Shown: in pieces, positions 12,351 to 26,000 of the stretch | How positions within the stretch are numbered: the first letter of the stretch is position 1 | Layout of the letters: each line of letters starts with the position of its first letter | DNA from: Cladosporium halotolerans | Taxonomy: Eukaryota | Length of the DNA stretch: 64,000 nucleotides | Direction of reading: 5' to 3' | Assembly (NCBI RefSeq): GCF_011745625.1 | Contig: NW_027191457.1 | Location: 992,001-1,056,000 of the forward strand | Position numbers and translations under genes: made by a program | The notes under the pieces: generated by a model | Database searches by the model: none | What the model was told of the DNA's origin: nothing | The model's input: only the letters and a program-made list of their open reading frames with translations

Positions 12351-15300
12351 ATGTCTACCACCACCAACAACACAGCAAACAGTTCGCCTTCGCCGGGCGC
12401 GAGAGCCGCGGTCGCCAACACTACCACCCCGGACCGCGACCACGCCGCCGACAGCGATGACTCGCTCGCCCGCAAGCGCCAGCGACTCAGCGAGGAACCG
12501 GAGGTCCTCATCGAGGCTGACGAACCCGAGGAAATGGAAGTCGGCGACCAAATCGGCAACGCCATCATGATCGACGACGATGTGCTTGACGCTGCTGCCT
12601 ACAGCGATACGTTTCGCGTTTTTGCGAACAGTACGCTCGAGCCTATGAGTGAGATGTATCAGCTACGACGCTTGGTTACAGGCGATGGTGTGTCGATGTC
12701 GTTTTTCTTTTTTTCTTGCCCTTGTCATTCGATATGTGTCGTTCCAGCTGACTTTGCCGCCAATTAGATTTCCTTCGCATGGATATCCTCGAAGGCTTCG
12801 TCGACTGGCTTGAGCAGCATCTACAAGGAACGGCTCACGACAAAAAGCAGTGGCAAACGAAATATCTGGAAGACGAGCCTTTCTTCACCAACCTTGCCGA
12901 ATTCGCCCACCAGGTCTTGACATGCGGCGACCTGTTCGAGACCAGCAGTAATCCCGTTCGCATGAATCGACTCGGTGTAAATCTCTACAGTGCCCTCGGA
13001 TCGCTGTGCTTACGCGTAATATCGTTCATCCCCAAAATGCTGGAGGCACCGGCCGCAAGACGTGACTCCGCCCAGCCCGTCGCGTCTTCTCAGCAACAGA
13101 TTCCGCTATTCTTGTACCTATCGCTACTGGCGCGGCTTTTGAATGAGCGCACGACTTTCACGGTCTTCTTGCTTACTTTCGGATTCCGCCCTGGACCCAG
13201 CATCGCCCGAACTTCACAAGCCATCCTGTCCGACGATCAGATCATCCCGTCGCTGAACGCTGTCCTGCTGAATCTCAGCGTCCGGCCGCGCGAGTTCACC
13301 GACGCGTGGATCACAATTGCCCAGGTCATTTATATCCTCTCACGAACACTTTGCAGAGCGGACGACGAGTTCCACGCCGGTGATGGCGCACACGAGGTCG
13401 ACAGCATGTTTATGTCGATCAACGAATACGTCGTCCCGGCTATCTGTCAGAAGCATCCGAGAGCGCTTCCTATGGACTTTCACACCAATCTAATCACTCT
13501 CGTGTCAGAGGTGCTGCGCATTGCCGTCATCGCTCGGCCTTTGCCGTCCGTACTCCAATTGTACCACAGAATTACCAAGGAGGACAACACTTTCGCATGC
13601 GGTATCGTAGATGAGCCTGCGACGGAAGAGAAGCTGCAAGAAGCTTGCGGCAACGATCAAAAAGTCCTTGCCGAGCTGGTTAAGGACCTCTGGCTGCTTC
13701 AGGTTCTCAAGGGATACGTTTCAACCGATATACTGGACATCAAGAGCAAGGGTATTGTGGTGTTGCGGGACTTGTTAAAACTCTCTCACAGCATTCATCG
13801 CACGGATCCCAGAGGTATCGAGCATCCGGTGTTGCAACATCTCGCACGCTTCTTGCGGATCGGCAATTTCATCGAGTACATCTTCAGCGCCGATTCTCAC
13901 GCGAGTCTTGTAAAAGAGTGCTCGGATGTAGTCGCTTTCCTGGCCGTCACCGGCACCTACACCGACAACGAATCGGACCTCATCTGGAAAGCTTGTACCA
14001 CCAGCGTCGAAGCTGAGTTTGTTAAGGCATCGTTCGAGGTGCTGAAGAACATGCTCATATACATTCAGCCCTCGCAAATCTTGCACATGGCTCGCAAGTA
14101 CACGAAAACCCCTGCCTCAGCTTTGGGCATGTACGGCATCGCCTTCTTGACCGAGGCATTCGGGAAGTTTCACTCTTTTCCGCCGGATAGCGAGTTGCAG
14201 CTCGAGCCGATGCGGATCTGCTTCGATATCCTGAAGCGCCTTGATGCGGATCCGGCAGCGCCGTCGACCATCCCTCTTCGCGACGCTGCATTCCATGAGA
14301 TTGCCGTTCTGGGCTTCCCGCATTACAACGTCGATCATCGCAAGGTCATTTATCATATGTGCCTTGCTGAGATCAAGGGACGCACGAAGTATTCAACGAC
14401 CTGCATGGAAGTGCTCAATATCTTCTCAAGAAATCCAAGCTCAGAGGAGGCTGAGCTTCTTCTGAATCTCTTGCCTGTGCGAGCAGCGCTGGACGAGCTC
14501 GTACATTTCGTCCGCAGCGATGCGAAACAGGAGATGATCGGCAATCATTCAGTCCTCGATGCTGTCAACATTCGTCTAGACCTCGTCCTTTTCTTCATCG
14601 GTCTTTCCGTATGTACGGAAGACAAGGAGCTCGAAGAGAGTCTCTGGGATTGTACGATCGGGGACTCAGCGATCAATAGTCGGGCCAGAGAGGATGCGCT
14701 TGATCACTTCATCTCGGCTCCACAACACGTGAAGCACCCTGCAAGCATCGAGACGTTGTTTCAGAGAGGAGTCGAGCAATTCCTTCCCATGATGTCTGCG
14801 GACTGCGCGACCTTGCGCTTGATCGTTTTCCTGCGCGAGAAGGTCAAGGAGTCCGAGAGCAAGAAAGAAGCAGATGAGCTTGAGCAGATTTTGGAAGAGT
14901 CATCGTGGCAGCAGCTGACTCGGCTGACCTTGACAACCTCGAGTGAGCGCGTCGCCACCGAAGGCAGGATGGCGATCACGAGGATCTTGTTTCCTAAGAA
15001 CATTCTACGTGACAACTCGCACATCGTCGCGCGTCAAGCGGCTTTCGCTCGCCAGCACATCGACTCCCTGCAGACGTTGCAGAAGGAGCCAGATGCGTCC
15101 AACCACAGAGTCTCTCTCGTTCGCGGGATTGGGCTACTGAGGACGATCCACCATCAGAGCAAAATGCTCAGCCCGATGAACGTTGCCCATGTGTCCCCTA
15201 TTGAACTTGGCGACAGCGACGAGGCTGAGCGCATTGAGTTCGTTGTCCACATTCATGGACCGCAGAGCAATCCCATTGCACGCACAGTCCAGGCTCTAGA

Positions 15301-18300
15301 GAACTGCCACATCTCTGATCTGGGCGAGGCCCTTCGGTCGACTAGCGGAGTTGACGACCATGATCTCGTTCGCAACGGTTCATTGACAAGACTTGAAGAC
15401 ATATCTTCTCAGACGTTGCACGAGGCGGGCATCAAGGCTTCGAGTGTCGTTTCTATCCGCCCACGCTACACTTTTGACTGCGACTTTGGCAAGGTCTTCG
15501 CCTCGACCAGTGCAGTCGAGCGGATAGTCCTTGCTAGCTTTGAGGTCCTGGAGAAGCTGCTCGATGCCGAGGATGAGGTTGCTGAACGTGTGTATCACTT
15601 CCTGGCTGAGGTCTCGCCGCCCATGCCCACTCGTCGCCGCGTCCTTGATCAGAATGCCTCGCTCGACGAGATTTTCCCTCGCGATCGCCAGTGGAGGACC
15701 CTGTACTCCATCCACATCCTGGCGAGCCATCTTGACGAATGTAACAAGCTTGGCGTGGCTGATCAGAACTTCATTTTGCACGGCGCGAAATTGCTCTCTG
15801 CGCTGCTGCTGGATTCCACGAGACCGGTGTCTCCGAGCGTCTTGTTCGAGTGTCTGCCTGGCCTTGTCAGCTTTTTGCAAGAGCGTCCTCAGAACAGCCC
15901 GCCACCTCCCTATTTGGAAAATCCCAAGGAGCTGGGACTACGCTTACTTAAAATCACTCAGCAGATTCAAGAGCTGGACCTCCATGAGTCGCCACGCCAA
16001 CACCCGCAATCGACTCAACTTTCGGATCGCGCAGAGCTCAGTAGACTTGCATACTCAGTGGTGCTACAGCTGGCACGAACTGATGGGCTTTGGGAAGGAA
16101 TCCACAGCGACAAACGCTTCGCCGACGCCCATGAGAGCCTTCTTCTCAGCAAGGACATTAGTGTGTCGCACACAACGTCCGTGCTAATGGGCGATTTTGT
16201 CAAAGAGAGGCCCGATCTGGTCGGGAGCTCATATCTGACAACGCTGATTTCGTTGCTCCCAACCGCGATGAAGGCGGAATGTCTGACTCATGGATTCTTC
16301 TCACTGCTCGGCGAGGTCATGTGGGCTAACAGCACTGTACACACGAACGACGCGAGTGTCCGCTCGATCATCGAGAAGCTTGTGCAGCATGTCTGGCAGT
16401 ACCGCCACTCTGAGACAGCAGATCTTCCTTTGGTCGACCGGAAGTTCTTGGATTTACTTTCTTTGCTGAGCATCTCGATCGACGTCCTCAAGAGCTTCAA
16501 GCAGCCTTTGCGTCTCGGAGACTTGGCGGTCCATATCTGGGACCGCTTGCTGTTTTGCGATGACCCCAAGCCCTCTTTAACGGAGATGACGGTGGCTGGG
16601 GAACACTCTTCCTCAACGACTAACCTTACTCTCCGCGGTCATGGCGACGTTTCTGCGTTAGATGACGACTTGGCAGAGCCGAAAGCCCCGACCATTGTTC
16701 ATGCGCGCGCCACTAATGTACCTCCGACCCCGCTGTATCACGCAAGCTCGAGAGCGACATGTCTGGAAATCGTCCGTAAGGTCTGTGATGACCAGGAGAC
16801 CTACGGATGGCTGCTGGGACGCACAACGCAGGCCGTACAATGGATAGAGCGAGTTCGGGGTGCTTGGTTCAACCCGCGACAGTATCTCAGGGCTCCTGAG
16901 GCTTGTTCGGGTCTCTCCAATCTTGGCATGACCTGCTACATGAACTCCTTGCTCCAGCAGATGTACTCGAACGTACAGTTCCGCAAATTCATCTTCGACA
17001 CTCCGCTCCTCGACGCCTCGAACCAGGATCTTCTGTGGCACGTGAAGAAGCTGTTCGCCCAGATGCAGAATTTGGTTCAGCCCTGGGTCGACACGCAAGA
17101 GCTTGCCAGGTACCTCAACATCTCGGTTGATACTCAAGAAGATGTGCACGGATTCTACACGATCTTCATGAGCGCTCTGGAGTCGTGCTTGCCTGATCCT
17201 CCCGCGAGAGCTGCGTTCAATGGGATGTTCTCTGGCAAGCTAGCGACGCAGGTTCAGGGCTCTTGCGGCCATGTCTCTGCTCGGACTGAGCCGTTCAGTG
17301 ACTTGTCTATTACTGTGCAAAACAAGCAGAGCTTGGCCGACAGTCTCGCCGAGTTCGTCCAAGGCGAGCCGATGCAAGGCGCGAACAAGTACAAATGCCT
17401 TTCTTGCGATGCGGACAACGGAGGCAAGCTTGTCGACGCTATGCGCAGGACGTGCTTGGAGGATGTTCCGGACCACCTGACCGTCTGTCTCAAGAGATTT
17501 ACTTTTGACATGATGGGCCAGGAGTCGAAGAACAACGATTTCTTCCAGTTCCCAGAGGAGATCGACCTTAAGCAGTATGAACTCAGCCATCTGGGCAATG
17601 CAGACGGCTCGACTACGCCGGATGTTTTCAAGCTCGTTGGAGTCATTGTTCACTCTGGCATCTTGACGTTCGGCCACTACTGGTCATACGTCCGCCTTCG
17701 GTATCCCGACCCTAATATCAGTCAGTGGGTCCGACTCGAGGATACGAATTCTCGCCCTGCACAGGGCTTCGAAGAGGTTCAGAACGAATGCTTCGGTGGC
17801 GGCAACCGCACCCACAACGGGTACGTGCTGTTCTACCAGCGCGAGAGCTCTTTCCAGAAGGCGTCTTCCGCAATCACGGAGCCTTATGGGAATTTGCCTT
17901 CAACGACAGTCCTCCCGCCACGTGTCAGCATGCCCGATGATCTCTTCCAACAGGTCCACGAGGTTAATGTTTCCCGTCAACGTACCGCTCAGGTCTTCGA
18001 CAGCGGCTTTCACAAGTTTATCATGGACATCACCCACGACTTCCACCTACGCGCCTCTGAACCTGTGGCGAGCGAGGACTCATCCCCAACTTCGGAGACT
18101 GCTTCGAAGAGCGGTGGTCAGGAGAGCTCTGCTGCGAATAGTTCACTTACTGTCTTGCTGGCTCGATGCGCGATCAAATACCTGGAGCATGTGCTGCTTT
18201 CCGAGAACATTCCGCAGAAGCTCTCGCACTTCCTGCTCACTCTGAAGATGCAGACCACATCGTGCCCGAAACTCGTGCATTGTTTGATCTCGGAAATTTG

Positions 18301-19750
18301 CGCCGATCCGAGCTTCTTCATTCAGATCGTCGACCACGACAACGAGGTGACACGCAATTCGATGCGGACTTTCTTGAGGGAATGTCTCACGCACATCAGA
18401 GAAAATGATGAAGTCAACTACGAGGAGGACGTGCGTAAGCTCATCACCGTGCATGCTACGCAGCTGAGCAGTCTCGACGATCGCCATCTCAGGTTCGTGG
18501 ACTTCTTCTCGGTCCCATTTGAAGTTTCGGTCATGGGACACGCGGAGACGGAAATTGTCTGCGACGCTGGGTACATATCGTGGATATTGGACGTCGCGAT
18601 GTCGCTGCCGTTCGACGCAGGATCTCAGAGCATGCCAAACCTCCGTGACGCGGCTAAGAAGCGCAGAGTCGGGTTTGCACCTTTGTGGCAGTTCATGGGT
18701 CTTGTGCTGTTGAACGTTAACAACAGTGCACAAGATGATTGGGAGCTGGCCGAGACGAGCGTGGAGACCAGGTCGTCCATCCTGCAAGCTCTCCTGACCC
18801 ACAAGATCCGTCCTGACAGTCCTCTCCTCAAGTGGATGGCGCTTGCGATCTGGCAAAATGCCGACACGAGCGATTGGTCTGAGTTCCCCGCTGCTCAGCT
18901 CATTCAGCGCATGATTTCTGTGTCGCCGCCAGATATGGAGACGCGACAGATCATTAGCGAATCTCTCATACGTCTGCTGCGCAAAGACGAGGTGTACCGA
19001 CTCCCGCTGTTCTACATGGTGACGGCTTTGATTGCATCCTGCGGCGATTCCCCAGAATCGGATTTTATCATCTCCGAGGTGATCAAGGGCGTCAAAGAGC
19101 ACGACAAGCCGCCTTACAAGCTCATGCTCGAGTTCTTCGAGACCGTCATGCACTTCGCGCCCATCGGCGTCACCAAATACGTCGCCGTTTGGGCGCCTCA
19201 TTGGCTGCTCCCGCAGTCCAAGGCCTCCAAGCGCACCATCGCCTGGCTAGCTTCTCACTTCTTCGTCGCGGACTGCGTCTCGAGAGCCTCGGCAACGCGC
19301 GATGTGTACGGAACGGACCTGGACGTCGCCCGCTCGCTCACCGTCCGCTCGCTGGCGGACCAGTGCATGCGCTTCTTGCTCGATGCCCGCGACGTCGACG
19401 AACGCGCTTCGTACCCGCAGGTCCACGCTGTGCTCAGCGATGCCCGCGTGTGGATGACCGGGTTTCTGGCGTCGTGCGAGAAGGTCTTGCGCGCGGCGAA
19501 GGAGGCGCAGAATCGGGCCGCTAAGGCTCTCGAGGACGCTGACGAGGATGATGACGAAGAAGAGGCGAAGGTGGAGGATGTCTATCCGAGGCTGAGCGAG
19601 GAGATGGCGGAGGAGTACAGGAACCTTGCCCCCGCTGCCGTGCAGCTCGACTCGCTGCTGATGGAGATTGAACTTGCGGGCTGCGAGGACGAGGTGGACG
19701 ACGAGGGCGATAGCAGCGCTTTCGAGGACACTGAGGATGAGGATGCTTGA
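12351..19750 (+). CDS. Ubiquitin C-terminal hydrolase, peptidase C19, USP34/USP24/USP9-like (~2439 aa). Exons 12351-12687 and 12768-19750
   Basis: Cys box GLSNLGMTCYMNSLLQQ, QED motif, His box VHSGILTFGHYWSY, long helical N-terminal region. Intron 12688-12767 (GTGTGT...GCTGAC...TAG) keeps the frame. Confidence 0.9.
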
Positions 19751-20133
19751 GGTTGTGGGTCCGATGGATGATGCAGGGCACAACGACGAAATTGAGCCAG
19801 AAAGTGCGGTGTTGTTTGTTCTTCATCGCTTTGGGGAGGATACATGATGGTCGACCGCATGTTGCTCTCCCTCATATTGTAGGAGCAAGAAAGCACGGCA
19901 ACGAACAAAAATCACGATGACGAGCGATGAAAGAAAGACGAAGATGACGAACCTCATTGATGATCGGCGCAAGGACTTCGGTTTCTTCTTTTACTTTTCT
20001 CATGGGGCATAGCGATGGAGCAATCAATCGGTCCGATTTTCTCGCCGGAAGTTTTTGGCGGTAGAGATACTTTGTACGAGAGTTGCATTCTTACACCTGC
20101 GTTGAACTTCGATACCGCCGTAAGGACTTTTTA

Positions 20134-21270
20134 CTAGCTTCCCAAGGGCGATTTGTAGAAAAACGGGCCTAGGTATTGGCTCTCCTCTGGGTTCAAGGAA
20201 TAGAGTGCCCTCATCATGTTCCCGATCGCGTCGAGCTCCTTTCTCATGTCTTCCTCATCCTGCTTTTCCCTGGACATCTTTGAACGCTTTCCATCCCCCT
20301 TGGACGCGTGTTCGCGCGGTTGCGAGGCGAGTATATACTCCTCGACCGCCTCCACGGCACCTTGCCCACCTCCACCCAAATCCACAACCCATGCGCGAAG
20401 GCTCGAATCAATCATGACATTATGGGCATTGACGTCCCCCCACATGAGACCCAGCCCATGTAGCGATCGCACCGTCTCCTCGACCGTCGCTTGCCAATCC
20501 AAAATCTTCGCCTGCCTCGTCGCCACCGGCGTATCGGCCAGTTTCATCCCATCGACCCACGCCGTGAGGAAGCCGACTATGCACGGCGGGCTCTCGGAGG
20601 TCGTCACTATGCCTTCTAGACGGGGTATGCTTGGGACGGGACCCAGTTTCTCGTGTAAGGCGATGTTTGCAAATAGTGCGTTCACGAATTCAGGGTACAT
20701 TAGGTTTGTCGCGGGTTTAAAGAATCTCGTTTCGTCGTTGACGGTGGCTTTGATGGGTAGGGTTGTGGCGGAGGGCTCGAAGTCTCTCTGGGAGAATGTC
20801 ACCTCGCTTGCGTCGAATCGTGGCAGGGTTGGAGGGAGCTGGAGGTTGGGGATTGGACGTGTGAGCAGATCGTATGTTGGCTCGATCGTGTGCTTGTCGG
20901 TGGAGATGTGGTCTTCGGTGGAGAGGCTGAGGTGATAGTGATTGGTGTTGGTAAAGTCGCGCAGTGTTATGGGTTGAGAGGGATCGGTGGGCTGAGCGAG
21001 TGTCTTTATTGTAGGCCAGAACGGTGCCAGAACAAGGTCTCGCAGTGAAGAGAGGACGCCCAAAAAGTGGTCTCTTTTGGTGTCTTCCGTGACACGGACG
21101 TATGAGTCGAGTAGGACCCTGTACGGTGGCCCATCAGAGCTCGTCAAGAGCTTTGATGGGGCTTTCAGAATGAACGTTGTTCTCTCATATATTACTTTGA
21201 GGACTGCCGATTCCTTGCTGTACTCGTAATGGAGTTGAACGACTCCGGAGAGCTTGCCGGCATCTTCCAT
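20134..21270 (-). CDS. Divergent protein-kinase-like protein of the fungal 'WGD' type (378 aa)
   Basis: FFKP (beta3 Lys), IPRLEGIV, LHGLGLMWGDVNAHNVMID (catalytic loop), WVVDLGGG (DFG equivalent). Confidence 0.75.
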   Translation of the reverse strand: MEDAGKLSGVVQLHYEYSKESAVLKVIYERTTFILKAPSKLLTSSDGPPYRVLLDSYVRVTEDTKRDHFLGVLSSLRDLVLAPFWPTIKTLAQPTDPSQPITLRDFTNTNHYHLSLSTEDHISTDKHTIEPTYDLLTRPIPNLQLPPTLPRFDASEVTFSQRDFEPSATTLPIKATVNDETRFFKPATNLMYPEFVNALFANIALHEKLGPVPSIPRLEGIVTTSESPPCIVGFLTAWVDGMKLADTPVATRQAKILDWQATVEETVRSLHGLGLMWGDVNAHNVMIDSSLRAWVVDLGGGGQGAVEAVEEYILASQPREHASKGDGKRSKMSREKQDEEDMRKELDAIGNMMRALYSLNPEESQYLGPFFYKSPLGS

Positions 21271-22141
21271 GCCGCTTCTCTGTTGTAACTATCCTACCAC
21301 CAGCCAACAAAGACAAATGAATTCCAATTTTGTTAGATTATTTTATTTTGTAGACTTGCGTGAACTCCAAATAATTGCAAATCCTCCATAGGTCGATGAA
21401 GGGCGGGACTGGTGCCTGAAGAATTGTGCCATCCCACATGGAGGCAAGCGTGCTTCTTGCGCCCAGGTCCACGAATTGGATGTACGCCAACTGTTCGAAG
21501 GGAAGACATCACCTGAAAAGATGTTGAAAATACACGTTCGTATATATGCATGCGTAGTAAAGAGTCTCTACGCTATCTACGAAAGGTTTCGCAATATCAC
21601 GCTCGCAGCACTGCTTATGGGGCACGGAAGCCACCACGCCACGCTTCCAGGTTGCCAAAAACCGTAAAACATTGGGAAACGACAGCAGTGCGTCCTCGAC
21701 CCTCGTCTCTTTGTCTCAAACTCGCTTTTCAGGCTGTGACACCAAGCGTGCATGCCGCCAAGGGCGAAGCTTTGTAGCGTGCGTCGGCTTGACCGGATGT
21801 TAGTAGATGCCGGAAATGGTGTTTGCTTTGGAACGAAATGGAAAACCGTTGGTTGAGTACTGTGACTGAATAGAGACGATCAAAACTCGAGAAATTAACG
21901 TGGAAACTTTCGTGATCAATTGCGCAACAATAGATGCCATATCAGAAGGGACTGAAGGTGTCGGTAATTTTCGGTTGACGCTTGAGGCAGTTGTAGTGTA
22001 TTGCCGTTTCTACCAGGCTCCGTCTTGCACCTTCGCTAAACCGCATCGAAGACCAAGCATGAGGTAAAGTGTTGTTTTGGGAATGCGTAGATAAGTCGAT
22101 GACCAAGACAAAGGCACTGGCCGCGTGACCGGCACGTGGCA

Positions 22142-22417
22142 TCAAATGTGAGGCTCTGCTTGCGGTGTCACAGTGCGTGCCGGACTGGGGTATGCATCCG
22201 ACTTTGACGGAGCCACCTTGCGGACGTTAAGACGCTGTGTTTTCTCCAAGACCAAGCAGAATGGGCATGGCTCGTCCTTGTCTTCGCGAGTGGTTCTGTA
22301 GTTCTCGCAGAAGATCACCCGCGATATGTCTTCGGTGATGTTCTTCGGACAGACATGAGTGTGAAGAGGAACGTGTGTCTTGCACTTGAGGTAGTGCGTG
22401 TACTTGTGGAAACACAT
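22142..22417 (-). CDS. Small Cys/His-rich protein (91 aa; MCFHKYTHYLKCKTH...C...C...CPFC)
   Basis: ATG at 22417 in GCCATG context. Cys/His spacing resembles the 4940 gene. Confidence 0.6.
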   Translation of the reverse strand: MCFHKYTHYLKCKTHVPLHTHVCPKNITEDISRVIFCENYRTTREDKDEPCPFCLVLEKTQRLNVRKVAPSKSDAYPSPARTVTPQAEPHI

Positions 22418-23017
22418 GGCTGCTGACTTCTCGCTGATGACCTGTGGCGAGCAGTGTAGTGTTATCTTGCAATCGGATCGAAGCACCTATTGCTGAGGTT
22501 GCTTGGGTGGTAGCAGTGGCTGAACAAAGTCAGGGGGCGATGAAGGCAGTGATTCAGTGAGACAACAAGCGGAAGTAACCAAGACGTGAAGAATTGCTTT
22601 GAGTAGACGATACCAAGACAGAGACCATCTGCCATCCTTTTATCTTCGGTGCTACGACCTTGCTGTCAGATGTTGAGGCTTGATATGCCCAACTGTTTGC
22701 CTCGGCTTCAGGCGGTCTGCAGCGTGCAAACAAGACGCTCGGCGCGCCCAAACGTGGCGCAAACACACTTGCCACACGTGTCCAACTCCCTATAAGGCAT
22801 TGTATGGTTGTCTCGGAGGTACTTGGGATTCAGAGGCTGATGTTTCCGTGGAACAAAGCCTGGTGTTGTGAAAGTTTGCCTCGGGCCTCTTTTGATCTTA
22901 CCAGGGTTTCCTTGATGTTTGTCTTGCATGTTGGCAGCAGACTCGTAAGCAATGTGTTGTACAAAAGTGGTTGTAGAGCAAAAATACTTGGAACAGTGCT
23001 CAGACAATTACCTATGC

Positions 23018-26000
23018 TCATCCGGCAACGGCCCATCGCCACCTATCTCTGCTTGCGGGCATCTCAATCTTACCCAGCTTGCCAATTTTCATTTTCATCA
23101 GCCAGACGGCGTCCGCGTTCTGTGCTTCCAAAGCCGTTTGCACCGCCTCATCATTCAAGCAAGGCTCCAAAAGATCCAGGGCACTGTCGAACATCTCGGG
23201 CGAGAGCGGGACGTGCTGTACGGTGACTGTAACCGTATCGACGACGGCAGCCCACAGCATCCGAGTGAGTGTGTTGCTGTAGTCGGTCGGCACCGCTTTC
23301 ATACGCATGAGAGCTAAATTGAGGGATGGAGAAGCTCTGCTTACTGCAGGCCCTCCTTTTCCTTTGGTTTCGAGCTGACGCCGCTCGCTTTGAGGCTTTG
23401 CAGGATGCATTGACGAGACGATCTCCTTAGAGATTCGGTGGTGTATCTCTTGCAACAGAGGCCATAGCTGCACCATGCGTGAGCGCATAAAGTCTCCAGC
23501 GTGTCTGCAAAATACGCTGATTATGTTCAGGGCTGCTGCCTGTACGTTAGGCTCGCTGTCTCCCAAGCGTGCAGTGACTTCTGGCCAGAGAGTGTTGATC
23601 AGAGGGAGAAATGAGTTCTCGTGCTGTGCGATTGCGGGCACCACGGTGCGGATTAATCCAAGCAAGGAGACTCTCAACGACGGCGAAGCGGAAGAAAGAT
23701 AATGTTGAGTCAACGTTGTGATCTTGAGGAGCAAATTGTAGGTCTTCGGTGCAGGTGGCGGTTTCTCCTCATCGGCTTCTTCTTGAGCTTCGGCGGGCGA
23801 AGCATCCTTATCATCGTCACCGCTACCGTCTTCTTGTTCAAGAGACCAAGGACGCCCCGGGAAGCTCTCGCTCTTCCTATCACCAGAAGTCACTCCCTCA
23901 ACGTCCTCCACGTCTTCTTCAGACCTGGTCTTGATGCGATGCACCAAGTCAGCCATGCTTTCTGAAAGCCACACCTTGGCCAACTGTTGCTTGGAATGAT
24001 CAGACCGCACATCCGTAATCGCCAATTGCGGCGCCTTGACACCCTCTTCAGCCATGATGGCAAGGACCTTGAACAGAAGTTCAACGAGCAGAGGGTAACC
24101 ATGGAAATCTTCGAGAGCGGCAAATATGCTCTCAACCGTGTCCTCTAGGTAGGGCAGCAGGCTAGGTCCCGCAAGCTGCACCATCATTAATAGGACCTGT
24201 GGTGCCTGAGGTGAGACGTCGAAAGAGTTGAACTTCAGCGCTACAGCATTTGTGAGATAGTCCACGTTCTCGACGATGAGATCTTGTGTGCTTTTGTATG
24301 CGCATGCTTTCGTCATGATGTTCAGGGTAATGATACTGTCTCGTTGAAGCTGTGCATCAGGTGTGGCTAGAGTATGGAGCACAGGGTATAAGGCGTCGAT
24401 GAGCTCGACCTGGAACTCTTCCCCTGCACATTCGGCTCGAAGAGCGAGCGAGCGAAGTGCGAGAGACTTCAGACGATTGCTTGACATTTGGTCTGAAGGC
24501 TGATTCAGCACATCCAAAGATAGAGCGTACAGTTCTTCAACGAGGTCCTGCTTTGTCAAAGCCGGGTCAGTGCTGAAGTTTAGAAAGTCGTCAACACTGT
24601 TGGTCTTTTTCGATGCGGATTTAGCCGCCACGTATAAGAGCCAAAAGTTTGCAAGCATGGTGTTGTCTTGGGCGCCGCTAAGATCTCGCAGTATATCGCC
24701 CGTTAAAGCATTAGAGGATGCCGATCCTGCCATTGCTGCCATGAACGCTTCAATGTCCTTCAGTATTTCTTCGTGGCCACGGTGTTGGACAAGCGCAGAG
24801 CCGAAACTGACATTGCCCTCAATATTTGACAGGACTTCAATGTCAAGAGATTGCGTTGGCTGAATGGAGATTGTGGGTTCTTGCGATCTCTTAGACCCTT
24901 CAAGCGCTATTACCACACTATCGCGCAACGCAAGCCCGATTCGCCTATCAAGAACAGTGGTCCCGTAACCGCAATTCTGTAGGACCTCGTATGCGGTGCG
25001 TATTCGTTGTATTCTTTGCGACTTCGCTTGCTCATCAGCAGATTGCATAATGCGAGGCAGAGACTGCAGCCATTCATGGAGAAGCTCCTGTAGCGAGACG
25101 GCCAGAGTCGGATCTGCATGGATAAGGCCTTCAACTTCTGCGCTAATCTCCGCTGACGACTGTCCATCTGACAGCGCTATGAGCGCCTCGAGTGCCATAC
25201 TAGCACAATTTGACAAGGTCTTCTGGCACCGACCTAGAATCAATAGACATAGTTTCGCAATCGCCAGCCTCACGTCGTCCCTTTCGTGATTTCTTAGCCG
25301 AAGGACACTCGCAAGAGCTGGTCTGAGCTGGATTGAAGCATCTTCCAACCACTTTGAATCGATCACGCGAGCAGCACCTGTTCCGTGTGACGTGCTTGAT
25401 TTAACGTGGTCCGCGGCAGCGCCATCGCTTACTGTAGCAAGCAACAGATGTGTGAGAACATCCAGACAAGTAGTGATGACCTCGTGATTTCGGCGTTGCG
25501 CAGTCTGCGGCGTCAAGACTTTCGTAAGCTTTGACATGATCCCAGGCAGAAACCCAGCCAGAATATCTTTCTTATCCGTTGAAGTAACGATAGCCTTCAA
25601 TGTACTCGCAGCGGCCAACTGGATTGCAAGATCCAAACCCTCAACCAGAGCATCCAGTGCTGTACTTATTGTCTGGCCGAGTTGCGGCATAATCGACCCG
25701 CTTTGCCACAACTCTCGACCAGCTTCAGATGCGCCGAGGGCCTCGAAGGTAGCCTTCAAGCATCGTAAAGCATGCGTCCGCAGCTCCACTGTAGTCTCCT
25801 TCGAAGCCAATCCAGAAGGCTTGTCACTAGCCAGAAGAGTACACAGGATCAGGATCTGGTTTGCTAGTTGGGGTTGCAGACGCTTTCGCCAGCCTTGGGC
25901 GATCAGCACTGCCAGAATTGACAAAGTAAGCTCCAGACATCGCAGCGAGACCTTTTGACTGAGCTTGAGAACCTGCGATAGCGGGAAGAAGATGTAGTCG

